Notes: a model not told the origin generated them from the sequence alone. A stretch of 64,000 nucleotides of DNA from Thainema sp. (GCA_052168235.1 JBQLZK010000041.1:1-64000), one strand, 5' to 3'. Counted from the first letter of the stretch, positions 16,038 through 28,013 are shown. Made by a program: numbers and translations.

Positions 16038-16493
16038 TTTTTCTCCCTACCTGCTTTAATAGCTCCTTTTACTGTTCAAGATTTTTGAAGTAAAGAAAAA
16101 GCCCAGCACTAGATTCTGATATTGTGTCTAGCACTTCTTTCGTATCAAGCTAGTGGTCGAAAATTCAATTACTTTTTGTAAAAGGCTTACAGCACAAGCC
16201 TTTTACAAAAAGTAATGCTGCTTTTGGGCAACTCGACACTAAGCAAGATAAGTGGCTTGGCAAATAACAGCTAGGAGAGCAGGTTTTGATTATTTGGAAC
16301 GGTGTAATAAAACTAGCTTCCTTGAAGGATTAATACTGAGCATCTTTCTTTTGAGAGAGATGTCATAAATGTTAGATTTCTTAATTAAAAATCGCATCGT
16401 TTCAGCCGATTTTGTATCTGGATCTGGCATCACGTTAGCTGAAAATCCCAAGAGCGATGTTTGAGTCCAGAATGAGTGTAGATACATATAAAC

Positions 16494-16586
16494 TACAGCA
16501 ATCTTAAGTTGATTATGAACAGGTCACCCCCCTAGGGCGGCCTGTTCATAATCAACTCAGTTCACTAGCTGTTTAGTAGAGCTATA
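16494..16586. repeat. Hairpin repeat family C, copy 1 (93 bp)
   Basis: Similar to 61725..61817; internal stem GTTGATTATGAACAGG..CCTGTTCATAATCAAC. Confidence 0.75.
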
Positions 16587-16851
16587 TGTTGATCCATAAA
16601 GATTTGTGGGAGGCGGAGTGAGCAAAACGTTCACTCCGCCTCTACAGCTTGATTTACATGTGCGATCGCAGTTTGAATGATCCCGCCGAGCCACGACTAG
16701 TGAGCATCACTGATGAGCATTACAATGATTCAACTGGCGTTTAGCTCCCTAACGAACCTGCGGTTCCCTCACCTGTCCGACATATTTTCTCCGTACTCAA
16801 GTTTTCCACCTTTCTCGACTAACCTCCAAATAATGGAGTAGAAGGTATTCC

Positions 16852-18924
16852 ATGAAAATCCTTTTAGTAGAAGATGATAAAAGTATTGTTGAACTGCTCA
16901 CGGTATCCTTGAGCCAGCAAAACTATGTTTTAGATGTTGCCCTCGACGGAGCAATAGGCTGGGAGATGGCTAGCCTGAGCCCCTATGACTTAATCCTATT
17001 AGATATTGGTTTACCTAAATTAGATGGAATTAGCTTTTGCCGTCAACTACGGGATATGGGTAACCAGTCTCCCGTACTGCTGCTTACTGCACGCGATGCT
17101 GCAGATGACAGGGTTTTAGGGTTGGATAGCGGAGCAGATGATTACGTAATCAAGCCGTTCAATATTCAAGAGCTAACGGCTCGCATTCGGGCCTTATTAC
17201 GGCGAGGAAACACGACGGGTTCGCCCTTATTGACGTGCGGAAATTTGTGTTTAGATCCAAGTAAGCGGCAAATTACGTATAGCGATCAAATCATGCCGTT
17301 TAGCCGTAAAGAATATTTGCTCCTAGAGCTGTTTTTGCGTAATCAGAAGCATGTTTTTAGTCGAAATATGATTATCGATCGTCTTTGGTCGATTGGTGAA
17401 GATCCACCGGGCGAAGATACCATCAAATCTCACATTAAAAATATTCGCCGAAAACTAAAAGCTGTGGGTGCAGATGATCTAGTTGAAACGATGTATGGGC
17501 AGGGATATCGTATTAATCCTAAATATTTAGAGTCTGAAATAGACCAACCTGAAGTAGATCAATCCGAAATAGAAACAATAGTTGACTCTACTCCTTCAGA
17601 GAAAGAAGCGATGCTTGCACAATCTGCTCTGGAAATTTGGGAACGGACTAAGGAGATGAGCTTTCAGCGGCTTGATGTGCTTAAGCAGATAGTGCAATCG
17701 TTGCAAGATAACCGTTTGGATCACAATACTCTCAGCCTAGCCGTACAAGCGGCTCATAAGCTCGCTGGTTCGCTGGGCACCTTTGGTTTTGAAGATGGAT
17801 CACGTCTAGCGAGAGAGATTGAGCATCAGTTGCAGGCAGCAGATCAGTTACACTGCTCGGAGCATTCACAGAATGAACTGCTGCAAGACATAACAGAGCA
17901 GGATGTAACAAGATCTCACGCAAAGCCGCAGTTACTCGCTAAACATCTGCAGCGAAATCTGTATCAACACATTGAACCGCTCGTTACCGATCTTTGCGCT
18001 GGAGTTATTCGACCGGACAGTTTCAGCCTGTTGTCGAGTGTCACCTCAAGTAGCACGACTTTCAACGCAAACGCAGGCAATACTAAACACGCTGGTTCTG
18101 TTTCGGCTCAACCAGTGACCGATCCTGTTGATTCTGTATCAGTAGCTTCCGATTGGCCCTTGCTGCTGATTGTCGATAGCGATCGCAATTTGGCCGAGAC
18201 GCTTTCATCTGAGGCAACAAAACGTAGCTTTCGGACTGCGATCGCTATTAACCTTGACACGGCAGAAGCCGCCATTCAAGCGACGCCACCGGATATTATC
18301 CTGGTTGATCCAGACTGTATAACGGCAACTGGAGCAGAAACGTCGATACGGAAGATAAGGCAGCAAGCACCCCAGGTTCCAGTTGTCCTATTTTCTGATC
18401 AAGCGGAAACCTGCGATCGCGTTGCCACTATCAAAGCGAGCGGTTGCTTATTTTTACAAAAATCAATTGCTCCATCTCAAGCTGTTCAAACAATTAGCAA
18501 CTTTCTCCAAAGTAGTTGTCGGACGAAAGCTAAAGTCTTAGCGGTAGATGATGATACTCAGATCCTAGAAACCTTGAAACTAATTTTGGAGCCACAGGGT
18601 TTTCAAGTCGTTGGGTTAGATGATCCAACCCAATTTTGGAGTACCTTAAATACTGTCAAGCCCAACTTCCTCATTTTAGATATTAATATGGAGCCGGTTG
18701 ATGGCATTGAGCTTTGCCAATCAGTTCGCCATAATCTTCAGTGGAATTGGTTGCCAATATTATTTTTAACAGCTCAGACTGATCGCGAGATGCTGGATCA
18801 TGCCTTTGCTGTAGGCGGTGATGATTATATTGCAAAACCAATCGCTCCAGCTGAATTATCTGAGCGATTAACGAAGCGATGGCAGCGCATTCATTTGCTT
18901 CAAAATCCAGCAGTAGTTATGTAA
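16852..18924 (+). CDS. RcaC-like multi-domain response regulator (REC-OmpR wHTH-HPt-REC-REC)
   Basis: ILLVEDD..DLILLDIGLP; wHTH ETMYGQGY; HPt AHKLAGSLGTFG; two C-terminal receivers. Confidence 0.9.
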   Translation: MKILLVEDDKSIVELLTVSLSQQNYVLDVALDGAIGWEMASLSPYDLILLDIGLPKLDGISFCRQLRDMGNQSPVLLLTARDAADDRVLGLDSGADDYVIKPFNIQELTARIRALLRRGNTTGSPLLTCGNLCLDPSKRQITYSDQIMPFSRKEYLLLELFLRNQKHVFSRNMIIDRLWSIGEDPPGEDTIKSHIKNIRRKLKAVGADDLVETMYGQGYRINPKYLESEIDQPEVDQSEIETIVDSTPSEKEAMLAQSALEIWERTKEMSFQRLDVLKQIVQSLQDNRLDHNTLSLAVQAAHKLAGSLGTFGFEDGSRLAREIEHQLQAADQLHCSEHSQNELLQDITEQDVTRSHAKPQLLAKHLQRNLYQHIEPLVTDLCAGVIRPDSFSLLSSVTSSSTTFNANAGNTKHAGSVSAQPVTDPVDSVSVASDWPLLLIVDSDRNLAETLSSEATKRSFRTAIAINLDTAEAAIQATPPDIILVDPDCITATGAETSIRKIRQQAPQVPVVLFSDQAETCDRVATIKASGCLFLQKSIAPSQAVQTISNFLQSSCRTKAKVLAVDDDTQILETLKLILEPQGFQVVGLDDPTQFWSTLNTVKPNFLILDINMEPVDGIELCQSVRHNLQWNWLPILFLTAQTDREMLDHAFAVGGDDYIAKPIAPAELSERLTKRWQRIHLLQNPAVVM

Positions 18925-18938
18925 AAAGCTAGGCAAAA

Positions 18939-19319
18939 TTGGTGGCAAAACAAGTTTTAGTAATTGACGATGAAATCGATATTCGGGAAATGGTCAAGGT
19001 CAGCTTAGAAATTGTGGCCAAGTTTGATGTCCTTGTTGCTGCGTCTAGTCAAGAGGGATTAGCCCTTGCAGCAGCCCAGCAACCAGATGCTATTTTGCTG
19101 GATGTTTTGATGCCAGGAACTAATGGCTTGATGCTTCTTCAACAACTCCAGGCTAATCCTGATACTCAAAATATTCCAGTCGTTTTTCTAACTGCAAAAA
19201 CACGGTCATCTGATCAGCAACACATGATAGATGTAGGGGCTAAGGGAGTTATCACTAAACCGTTTAAGCCCGTTGATTTGGCTGAACAACTGCAAGAAAT
19301 ACTAGGTTGGAATAGCTAA
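18939..19319 (+). CDS. Single-domain CheY-like response regulator
   Basis: VLVIDDE, DAILLDVLMP, FLTAK, KPF. Confidence 0.92.
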   Translation: MVAKQVLVIDDEIDIREMVKVSLEIVAKFDVLVAASSQEGLALAAAQQPDAILLDVLMPGTNGLMLLQQLQANPDTQNIPVVFLTAKTRSSDQQHMIDVGAKGVITKPFKPVDLAEQLQEILGWNS

Positions 19320-19777
19320 GTAGCTAACTGGTTTTAGTAGAGGCTCAAGGTATCCACGAGTTTTCCACTTTTCGGTTTTATCTTTATAAGTAGGCAAATC
19401 CCTGCATGCTGGCCAAGCAGGGAAACGTTAGGTTGAGCCGAGCTTGACCTTGAGTTTTTGATGCAGTCAGCAATTGCTAATTGCCATTAAATATAAACGT
19501 TTGAGTAGGATGACTTTGCCACCTGCCTAATGTCTAGGCTGAAACAACTCTTGCCATAGTGAATGTTATTTTAGCGAAAAACCATAGCTATTTATTGGAA
19601 AGAGCTTATGGGATCAGTGCTTCAGAAATAGTTATAGTTTTGCATATGCACAGATTAAGCTAAATGGCTTGTAACTGCTATTGATGATTTTGCTTGTTAA
19701 GCATCGGCTGGTGAAAATCTTGTTTAGTTGATTATATGTGTTACTGCACTTTCTAACTTTTTAGACATCAATGAATT

Positions 19778-21868
19778 GTGGTTTCACCTTATGTCATAAG
19801 ATGTTCTCTCTGTTTTAATCAATTGTTTTTTGATTTTAATCATCAGTTAACTATTAATAGGACAGGTATGATAGACGTTTCGTATCATCTTCTAGGCGAA
19901 AATTATTTTATTCCTCATGGGCACTGCTATCTTTGGAAGCCCTATCTTGTTTGGTTGAACGTGATATCTGATTCATCAATTGCGCTGGCGTATTATTCGA
20001 TTCCATTCTTACTCGTGTATATTGTCCGAAAACGAGGTGATGTGCCATTTAATAGCGTATTCTTTTTGTTTGCTAGCTTTATTCTTGCCTGTGGAACAGG
20101 CCATATAATGGATGTTTGGACGCTGTGGCATCCAAATTACTGGCTATCCGGCTGGATCAAAGCTGTAACTGCCATTGTATCTTGGGCGACTGGTGTTGCC
20201 CTGATCATTCTGATTCCTAAAATTTTGGAGCTTCCCAGCCCTGCTCAATTAGCTGAAGCCAATCAAAACTTAGAAATCGAGATCCTTGAGCGCCTTCAAA
20301 CTGAGGAAGAACTGAGGAAGGCAAAACTTGCTGCCGATGCTGCAAATCAGGCAAAAAGCGATTTTTTAGCCAACGTTAGCCATGAACTGCGTACGCCCTT
20401 AAACGGTATTTTGGGTTACGCTCAAATTCTAAATCGTTCTAAAGCATTAGCAGATAAAGAGCGACAAGGTATTTCAATTATTTATCAGTGTGGATCTCAT
20501 CTATTAACGCTGATTAACGACATTTTAGACCTTTCAAAAATTGAAGCTCAAAGACTAGAACTAAATCCGCATGTTTTGCATTTGCCCTCTTTTCTACAAG
20601 GGATTGCCGAAATTATCCGTATTCGAGCAGAGCAAAAAGGAATCGAATTTATTTACTGGCCACCGTCTGATTTGCCCGACGGCATTCAAGCAGATGAGAA
20701 ACGTCTGCGTCAGGTGCTGATTAACTTGTTAGGTAATGCGGTTAAGTTTACTACTCAAGGCTCGGTGACATTTAAAGTAGATGCGATCGCAACTTCACCT
20801 GGAGCTAAATTCAAATCTAAATCTGAAGTAACGACTGGGCTACATGACAAGGCGACCTACAGTGACTCATCAGATTACTTGCTTTCAACTGCTTCTGCTA
20901 TAACGATTCGGTTTCAAGTTGAGGATACCGGAGTTGGTATTAGTGCAGGAGCGTTGCAGTCGATCTTTATGCCCTTTGAGCAGGTTGGAGATAAGAAAAA
21001 GCAAAATGAAGGAACAGGTTTAGGATTAGCCATTAGCCATCAGATTGTGAGTATGATGGGCAGCCAAATTGATGTCCAAAGCCAAGCTGGTGTGGGCAGT
21101 ATTTTTTCGTTTCAAGCTCAATTTCCAGTTACTCGGAATTGGGCGCAGGCTGCTATTACCGAAACAGGTAAGCAAATTGTTGGCTACAACGGTTCTCCGC
21201 AAACTGTTTTGGTCGTTGATGATAAATGGGCGAATCGGTCAGTGCTTGTGAATTTGCTAGAGCCTTTGGGATTTGAAGTAGTTGAGGCAGAAAATGGCCA
21301 AGATGGATTAGATAAAGCTGCCCAGGTTAAACCTCAGTTAATTATTACTGATTTACTAATGCCGGTAATGAATGGCTATGAAATGCTATATGAACTTCGT
21401 CACGCACAGAATAAGAAGTTGAGCGAAGTCTGTATTATCGTGTCATCTGCTTCGGTGTCTGAAATGGATCAGCAGAAGAGCTTAGATGCTGGCGGCAGCG
21501 ATTTCTTGACTAAACCTGTCCAGGTAGAAGAGCTGTTTAGGCTCTTAGAAAAGCATTTGCAAATTGCGTGGAACTATGAACCTCAACCTGTCGGAGCAGC
21601 TCAAGAATCAGCCCAGACTGTCATGGATGGCGATTTAGTTAATTTTAATAGCAGTTTTACATCAGAATTGTTTGCTCCGGCAGTTGAAGATTTAGAAACC
21701 TTACTGGATTTAGCTCGGCAGGGGCGACTCAAAAAATTAGTTGATGAAGCTCAGCGAATAAAGCAAGCTGATCATAAATTTGCTCCCTTTGTTTACAAAA
21801 TCAGCCAATTGGCTAATGCTTTTCAGGCTGAAGAAATTGAATCTTTAATCATTAGCTACATGAAATAG
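19778..21868 (+). CDS. Hybrid histidine kinase with an N-terminal ethylene-receptor-type transmembrane domain (start possibly ATG 19868)
   Basis: SDSSIALAYYSIP..FILACGTGH (ETR1-like); [25 protein letters not shown]-terminal REC. Confidence 0.88.
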   Translation: MVSPYVIRCSLCFNQLFFDFNHQLTINRTGMIDVSYHLLGENYFIPHGHCYLWKPYLVWLNVISDSSIALAYYSIPFLLVYIVRKRGDVPFNSVFFLFASFILACGTGHIMDVWTLWHPNYWLSGWIKAVTAIVSWATGVALIILIPKILELPSPAQLAEANQNLEIEILERLQTEEELRKAKLAADAANQAKSDFLANVSHELRTPLNGILGYAQILNRSKALADKERQGISIIYQCGSHLLTLINDILDLSKIEAQRLELNPHVLHLPSFLQGIAEIIRIRAEQKGIEFIYWPPSDLPDGIQADEKRLRQVLINLLGNAVKFTTQGSVTFKVDAIATSPGAKFKSKSEVTTGLHDKATYSDSSDYLLSTASAITIRFQVEDTGVGISAGALQSIFMPFEQVGDKKKQNEGTGLGLAISHQIVSMMGSQIDVQSQAGVGSIFSFQAQFPVTRNWAQAAITETGKQIVGYNGSPQTVLVVDDKWANRSVLVNLLEPLGFEVVEAENGQDGLDKAAQVKPQLIITDLLMPVMNGYEMLYELRHAQNKKLSEVCIIVSSASVSEMDQQKSLDAGGSDFLTKPVQVEELFRLLEKHLQIAWNYEPQPVGAAQESAQTVMDGDLVNFNSSFTSELFAPAVEDLETLLDLARQGRLKKLVDEAQRIKQADHKFAPFVYKISQLANAFQAEEIESLIISYMK

Positions 21869-21877
21869 GATGAAAAT

Positions 21878-23164
21878 ATGAACGAGCCTGAACTGATTCT
21901 AGTCGTAGATGATAAACCTGCAAATCTAGTTGTGATGTCTGAGACTTTAACTGATGCAGGCTACGATGTTGCAACTGCTATTGATGGTGAGCGGGCATTA
22001 AAACAAGTGGATTATCATCCACCGGATTTAATTCTGTTGGACATCATGATGCCTGGTATTGACGGCTTTGAAACCTGTAGGCAGTTAAAAGACAACACGA
22101 GAATACAGGATATTCCAGTCATTTTCATGACGGCTAATGCTGATGTGGAGAGCAAAGTAAAAGGTTTTGAATTAGGCGCAGTCGATTATATTACAAAACC
22201 ATTTCAAGAAAAAGAAGTACTTGTTCGGATCAAAAACCACCTTAAGCTGCGTAGCTTGACTAAGGATTTGGAAAAACAGGTCATGATCAGAACTACACAG
22301 TTGTCCCAAACCATTCAGAAGCTACAAGAGTCACAGGTACAACTAATTCAGCGGGAAAAGATGTCTGCACTAGGACAGTTAGTGGCAGGCGTGGCGCATG
22401 AGATCAATAATCCAATCAGTTTTATTGCGGGTAATCTTAAACCACTAGATGACTACTTTCAAGAGTTGATCAGCCACCTGGCACTTTATCAATCTAAATT
22501 TCCTGAGCCAGGCGAAGAAATTTTAAATCATGCAGATCAAATTGATTTAGAGTATATGTTCTCTGATTTGCCTAAGATTTTGATTTCAATGGTAGAAGGA
22601 ACAGAACGTATTATTCATATCAGTAATTCACTCAGGAACTTTTCGAGAACTGACTGCGATCGCAAAATTGTTTGTAATATTCATGAGAGTATCGACAGCA
22701 CGATTTTAATTCTAAAACATCGCTTGAAGGCAAATGATGATCGTCCCGCTATTGAAGTTGAAAAGCAGTATAATGATCTTCCTGAAATTAGTTGCTTTCC
22801 TGGACAGCTTAGTCAAGTATTTATGAACTTGTTGGCAAATGCAATTGATGCTTTAGAAGAATCAAATCAGGGCAAGAGCTTCCACGAGATTGCCAATAAT
22901 CCTAACCAAATTTCTATTCGGACAGCTTTAGCTGATAATCAGCAGTCTGTTGTGATTGAAATTGAAGACAACGGCTTAGGAATGCCGGAAGCAGTTCAGC
23001 AAAAAATATTTGAGCACTCATTTACGACTAAACCTGTTGGCCAGGGAACTGGTTTAGGTTTAGCCATTGTGCATCAAATTGTTGTTGAAAAACATGATGG
23101 CTCAGTACGCTGTACGTCCAGTCCTGGAAACGGCACTCAGTTTACAGTTGAGCTACCGTTATAA
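21878..23164 (+). CDS. REC-histidine kinase
   Basis: N-terminal REC; GVAHEINNP, NLLANAIDA, GTGLGL. Confidence 0.92.
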   Translation: MNEPELILVVDDKPANLVVMSETLTDAGYDVATAIDGERALKQVDYHPPDLILLDIMMPGIDGFETCRQLKDNTRIQDIPVIFMTANADVESKVKGFELGAVDYITKPFQEKEVLVRIKNHLKLRSLTKDLEKQVMIRTTQLSQTIQKLQESQVQLIQREKMSALGQLVAGVAHEINNPISFIAGNLKPLDDYFQELISHLALYQSKFPEPGEEILNHADQIDLEYMFSDLPKILISMVEGTERIIHISNSLRNFSRTDCDRKIVCNIHESIDSTILILKHRLKANDDRPAIEVEKQYNDLPEISCFPGQLSQVFMNLLANAIDALEESNQGKSFHEIANNPNQISIRTALADNQQSVVIEIEDNGLGMPEAVQQKIFEHSFTTKPVGQGTGLGLAIVHQIVVEKHDGSVRCTSSPGNGTQFTVELPL

Positions 23165-23277
23165 AGCCTAGAGCGCTTGTTTTTTGGACAAACTCTTTAG
23201 AAAAACTTAATTTTTCACCCTAATTGTTCAGCTAGATAGCTAATCTAAATGGTGTTTTCTCTTCAAGCTGGAGAGGG

Positions 23278-26200
23278 TTAAAGGAGAGGATTTCCTGATT
23301 CACTTGCTTCCAGAAATTGAACGATTAAGTCAAATCGAAAATTTTCAACTAAATCGGTCAAAGTTGCGCTAAGTTGAGCTTTATTGGCCGGAATGGCCTC
23401 TAAAAGTTGCAAGCAGGCGTGATTGTTCAACTGGCGAGCTGCTTCACCTAACTGCGTCTTCCAAACGAGTGGCATTGCAGCTAAATCTCGGATGGTGACC
23501 TCTTTTGCTGTGAGAGCAGGTTCAGCTACTGATGATGGCGAATTCGCCACCTGATCCATTCTTTCTCCGTATACGTACTGCACGTCTAGATGCTGCCCGA
23601 TCGCAGTTAAAAACTCGTCGGCATTGAATGGTTTGTAAACAATGTCATCACAGCCTGCTGCCAAAATATGCGATCGCTGTTCTCTAAAGGAATCGGCAGT
23701 CAAGGCAATGATGGGAATTTTCTCTCCTGCGGCTAATGCTTTAATCTGTTGGGTTGCCTGATAACCATCTGTACAAGGCATGTTCATGTCCATCAAAATT
23801 AAATCGGGTTGCCAGTCTTGGTATCGGATAACGCCTTCCTGACCATCAGCAGCCTCACAAATCTCAAATCCAATCCGCTGCAGTAGCTTTACAACTAGGC
23901 TACGCTGCACCTCATGATCTTCTACGATCAAAATTTTATGGGTTGGCTGATTGGCGGCTAACCCAACAATTGGATTGTGAGTTGATTGGGCTTCCACGAC
24001 CTCTACAACGACCGTGGATACTGGAATATGTGCATAAAACGTGGTGCCGGAACCGAGGACGCTATGCACCGTGATGTCACCACCCATCAATCGAGCAAAC
24101 TGGCGACTAATTGCTAATCCTAAGCCAGTTCCCTGATGAGACTGCCGTCCGGCCTCAGTTTGGACAAAGGCTTGAAAAAGCTGATCTAATTCACTGTCTG
24201 CAATTCCTAGGCCTGTATCTTCCACTTCAAAGACCAAATGAATACGAGAAAGGTCAGCCGCATCAGCAGAACAAACGGAATGAATAGAATTAATAGATGA
24301 GGTAGTAGAAGCAATTGCTGGATCTTTGGGTTGTTCAACACGTTTAACCCTTAAAACGATTTCACCCTGGCGTGTAAACTTAATAGCATTGCTCAGCAAG
24401 TTCAGTAAAATTTGACGCAGCTTTCGCTGATCGGCCTGAATAAATTGCGGAATCTGATCCATATATTCAAAGCGGAGCCGCAATCCTTTAGATACGGCTT
24501 TGAGCTGAAAGATTTCTTTCAAATTTGCTAGCAAGTAATAGAAATCAAAGCTGGTTTCATCCAGCGTCATCTGCCCCGATTCAATTTTGGAGAGCTCCAA
24601 AATACTGTTGATCAGCTCTAGCAGGTGGTTACCACTTTGCAAAATAGTATCTAAATGTCTGCGATGACGATCGGTGATTAGGGGATCGCGATTGAGCAGT
24701 TGAGTAAAGCCCAAAATGGCATTAAGAGGCGTACGCAGTTCATGATTCATATTGGCAATGAACTGACTCTTGGTGCGGTTTGCCATCTCCGCTATTTCTT
24801 TGGCCTGCTGTAACTCTACTTCCGTTCGCTGACGCTCTTGTAGTTCAGCCTGTAGCTGTTGGGTGCGGAGAGCAACTTTTTGCTCAAGATGGGTGGCGTG
24901 TTCTGCTAGCTGTTTGTAGAGTCGGGCGTTCTCTAGTGCGATCGCAGCTTCAGTTGACAGAATATTTAAGGTTTCAATTCGATCATGGGTGAATGCGCCA
25001 GTAGTGAGGCTATTTTCAACGTATAGGATGCCGATTAGTTGGCTCTGATGCAGGATGGGCATACACAATACGCTCTTGGGCTGCTGCTGCAAAAAGTAGG
25101 GTTCTCCAGCTAAAAATGCAGAATGAGTGGCGACATTATGAATGACGAGTGGCTGCAGCGTGTGTTTAACGTGGTACAGCAGTTTGGCCGGAACAACTGC
25201 GCAGTCTGCAATCGAGACTGAATTGAGCAGGCTCACCGACTGATCAATCTGCACAATGGCCTCAATCATAAGCTGCTCGTCTTGCAGCAAGATCAACACG
25301 CCCTTATCCGCGCCCGCATTCTCAACCATCACTTTGAGTAAGATGGTTAATAGCTTATCCAAGTGAATTTCCTTAGATAAAGCTTGCGAGGCTCGAAAAA
25401 TGGCCGTTAAATCTAGAGCCGCAGAAGAGTGGTGATAAACCGTTGTAGTTGTTATCAGTGACGAACGGGATTCATTCTGTAACTGATGAGGGGCTTCATT
25501 AGCGGTAAGGGAGGCAAGGGATGTTGATTGCAGCGGTATCAGCAAGTGAGAATAGTCGTCTTCGAGCTGAGCAAGTTTCGCGTTAGCTCCCCAGTGCGCA
25601 TAGTGCTGATAGGCTTCAGTGAGATAGAGCTGTGCCGTCATCTCTCGTCCCCACGCCAAGTAAAATCGGGCCGCCAGCTCGTTGGCTAATGCAATGTCAG
25701 GTAAACAGCCGCTGAGCTTTGCACCTGCGATCGCACGATCGTAGTGTTCAATCGCGGCAGCTTTGCGGTTCAAAATGCGATCGCGCTCAGCTTCGATTAA
25801 GTCAACTTTGTGTTGCAAGCTGACTGGTGTTTGTTGCTCCCAATCGATCAGCCGTTCCTGACAAGCCGTAATTGTCTGCCAATATTGAGACTGCTCAGTA
25901 CTAGGCGCAGCAGAGTATAAGTCTGCCAAGATTAAAGCTCGATAAAATGTATAGGCAAAATCTTGATGAGTGGCTATGGAACTCACAATATTTTGTTCAA
26001 TCTGCTCAATTTGCTGTAAATAATATTGCGCTGCAGTAGATTCTTTATGCAGATAGAGTATTTGTGATTTAAGAATGTAGTGGAACTGCTGAATTGTTGC
26101 GATTTGTTCTCGATTACAGCAGGACAAAAACTGTGAATCAGGTATTAGCTCAAATTCAACTGAAAATCGATTAGACGTGAATTTTGTTAGAGAAAATAGT

Positions 26201-26433
26201 GCATTTTTAAGAACGAGCGATACTGTTTCAGCCAGTTGAACATTAGATGATGAGGCAGTGAACAGTGGTTCGGGTGTGGATTGTGGGAGAGCATTAGCAA
26301 TTTGCTCTAAAGGCATTCCCTGATAAAAAGCAGCCAATAACTGTTTAGCTGAAAGAAGGCCAGCAGCAGATTTTTGAAAGCCCCAGTTTGATTGCATATC
26401 CTGATTCAACTGTTTGCCCAATTTTTGCATCAA
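23278..26433 (-). CDS. Hybrid histidine kinase (TPR-like remnant-GAF-HisKA-HATPase-REC)
   Basis: [14 protein letters not shown] segment shared with the STK-AAA proteins; [24 protein letters not shown]. Confidence 0.88.
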   Translation of the reverse strand: MMQKLGKQLNQDMQSNWGFQKSAAGLLSAKQLLAAFYQGMPLEQIANALPQSTPEPLFTASSSNVQLAETVSLVLKNALFSLTKFTSNRFSVEFELIPDSQFLSCCNREQIATIQQFHYILKSQILYLHKESTAAQYYLQQIEQIEQNIVSSIATHQDFAYTFYRALILADLYSAAPSTEQSQYWQTITACQERLIDWEQQTPVSLQHKVDLIEAERDRILNRKAAAIEHYDRAIAGAKLSGCLPDIALANELAARFYLAWGREMTAQLYLTEAYQHYAHWGANAKLAQLEDDYSHLLIPLQSTSLASLTANEAPHQLQNESRSSLITTTTVYHHSSAALDLTAIFRASQALSKEIHLDKLLTILLKVMVENAGADKGVLILLQDEQLMIEAIVQIDQSVSLLNSVSIADCAVVPAKLLYHVKHTLQPLVIHNVATHSAFLAGEPYFLQQQPKSVLCMPILHQSQLIGILYVENSLTTGAFTHDRIETLNILSTEAAIALENARLYKQLAEHATHLEQKVALRTQQLQAELQERQRTEVELQQAKEIAEMANRTKSQFIANMNHELRTPLNAILGFTQLLNRDPLITDRHRRHLDTILQSGNHLLELINSILELSKIESGQMTLDETSFDFYYLLANLKEIFQLKAVSKGLRLRFEYMDQIPQFIQADQRKLRQILLNLLSNAIKFTRQGEIVLRVKRVEQPKDPAIASTTSSINSIHSVCSADAADLSRIHLVFEVEDTGLGIADSELDQLFQAFVQTEAGRQSHQGTGLGLAISRQFARLMGGDITVHSVLGSGTTFYAHIPVSTVVVEVVEAQSTHNPIVGLAANQPTHKILIVEDHEVQRSLVVKLLQRIGFEICEAADGQEGVIRYQDWQPDLILMDMNMPCTDGYQATQQIKALAAGEKIPIIALTADSFREQRSHILAAGCDDIVYKPFNADEFLTAIGQHLDVQYVYGERMDQVANSPSSVAEPALTAKEVTIRDLAAMPLVWKTQLGEAARQLNNHACLQLLEAIPANKAQLSATLTDLVENFRFDLIVQFLEASESGNPLL

Positions 26434-26864
26434 GAGTTCATGTGTCGTTTATTACATCAAATTGCATGAAAACTTTGCAGTCCGCCCATACTGGTTATTA
26501 TAGGAAGAACTGGAATAGCTGTTTAATATAATTATTGAATAGTCTAAGTAAAATCACTGATGGAGGACTAAATAGCTAAGGGACTACTCTGAAACTTGTT
26601 TTACTTGCAATATCGCCTGCTCATTTCTTAGGGTAGCTAAGTTTGGCATCTCATGGCTTGCAAGTCTATCCAGTTCTTTTATCTTCTTTTATATGAAGAA
26701 AAAATAAAGAGTATATAAGAGCGATCTAAGGTTGATCTAAGACTGCCTGGCCGATGTTTTTGAGACCGATAAATTGGGTTAAATAAAGTGGTAAAGCGTT
26801 TTGTGCTCCTTTAAGTTAGATAAGCAGATTCAAAGTAGGCGTTTTCCTTGGCTCCCCCATTACC

Positions 26865-28013
26865 ATGAGTAGTTTTTCTACTAGTTCAGAAAATTCAGCG
26901 TCCAAAGGTAGTATCTTGATCGTCGATGATACACCTAATAATCTGCATCTACTATCTAGCATGTTGATTGAACAAGGATATGATGTTCGCAGTGCCATCA
27001 ATGGCTCTATTGCCCTGATGGCAGTGGATAAAATTCAGCCAGATTTAATCTTGTTAGACATCAATATGCCTCAAATGAATGGCTTTGAAGTCTGTGAAAA
27101 ATTGAAGATTACTGAGGCAACCCAATCTATTCCAGTCATCTTTTTGAGCGCAATGGATGAAACGCTGGATAAAGTTCAAGCGTTTCAGGTGGGCGGGGCT
27201 GATTATATTACCAAACCGTTTCGAATTGAAGAAGTAATTGTCCGAGTTGAGCGGCAGCTAGAACTCAAGCGATTGCAGGCTGCTCTGCATCAGGCTAACG
27301 TTGATGCTCTACGTGCATTGGAACAAGAAAAAGAGCTAAATCGGTTAAAGTCTGAGTTTGTATCTATGATTTCTCACGATTTTCGGACTCCGTTGACGAC
27401 GATCCAAGCCTGTGCGGAACTGATACGATACAGCAGCGACCAGCTATCTTCTGATACTAAAAATCGTTATTTTGACAAAATCAATTTATCGGTTGAGCAT
27501 ATGCTCGATCTCCTAGATGAAGTATTGCTAATTGGAAGCATTGAAGCTGGTGGCATTCAGTTTCAACCGAGTTTGGTTAATTTAAACCAATTTTGTCATG
27601 AGCTAATTGAAGCGCTGCAAGTTGGTCATAATATGCAGCATCAGATTCACATCACTGCCGATGATGGCAATGTTCAGGCAATGATTGATCCCATGCTGCT
27701 TCGACAAATTCTAACTAATCTTTTGTCTAATGCCATTAAATATTCGCCCGCAGATCAGCCTATTGATTTTGTATTAAACTGCTTTGAAAGCAGTATTGAG
27801 TTTCGCATCTGCGATCGCGGTATTGGCATTCCGCTTGACAACCAAACGTATCTGTTTGAACCGTTTTACCGCTGCCCAAATACGAATGACATTCAAGGTA
27901 CGGGTTTAGGGTTAACCATTGTAAAGCGCTGTATTGATACTCATCAAGGGCAGATCCAGATTGAGAGCCAGGAAGGGGTTGGAACGACCGTGATTGTCAC
28001 GCTACCCCAGTAG
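26865..28013 (+). CDS. REC-histidine kinase
   Basis: [41 protein letters not shown]. Confidence 0.92.
   Translation: MSSFSTSSENSASKGSILIVDDTPNNLHLLSSMLIEQGYDVRSAINGSIALMAVDKIQPDLILLDINMPQMNGFEVCEKLKITEATQSIPVIFLSAMDETLDKVQAFQVGGADYITKPFRIEEVIVRVERQLELKRLQAALHQANVDALRALEQEKELNRLKSEFVSMISHDFRTPLTTIQACAELIRYSSDQLSSDTKNRYFDKINLSVEHMLDLLDEVLLIGSIEAGGIQFQPSLVNLNQFCHELIEALQVGHNMQHQIHITADDGNVQAMIDPMLLRQILTNLLSNAIKYSPADQPIDFVLNCFESSIEFRICDRGIGIPLDNQTYLFEPFYRCPNTNDIQGTGLGLTIVKRCIDTHQGQIQIESQEGVGTTVIVTLPQ

Noticed and set aside
19392..19450. c-di-GMP-I riboswitch (GGCAAA followed by a stem)
   Set aside because: It lacks the GAAA tetraloop and the GCAAAGC motif; probably a simple hairpin. An Rfam scan would settle it.
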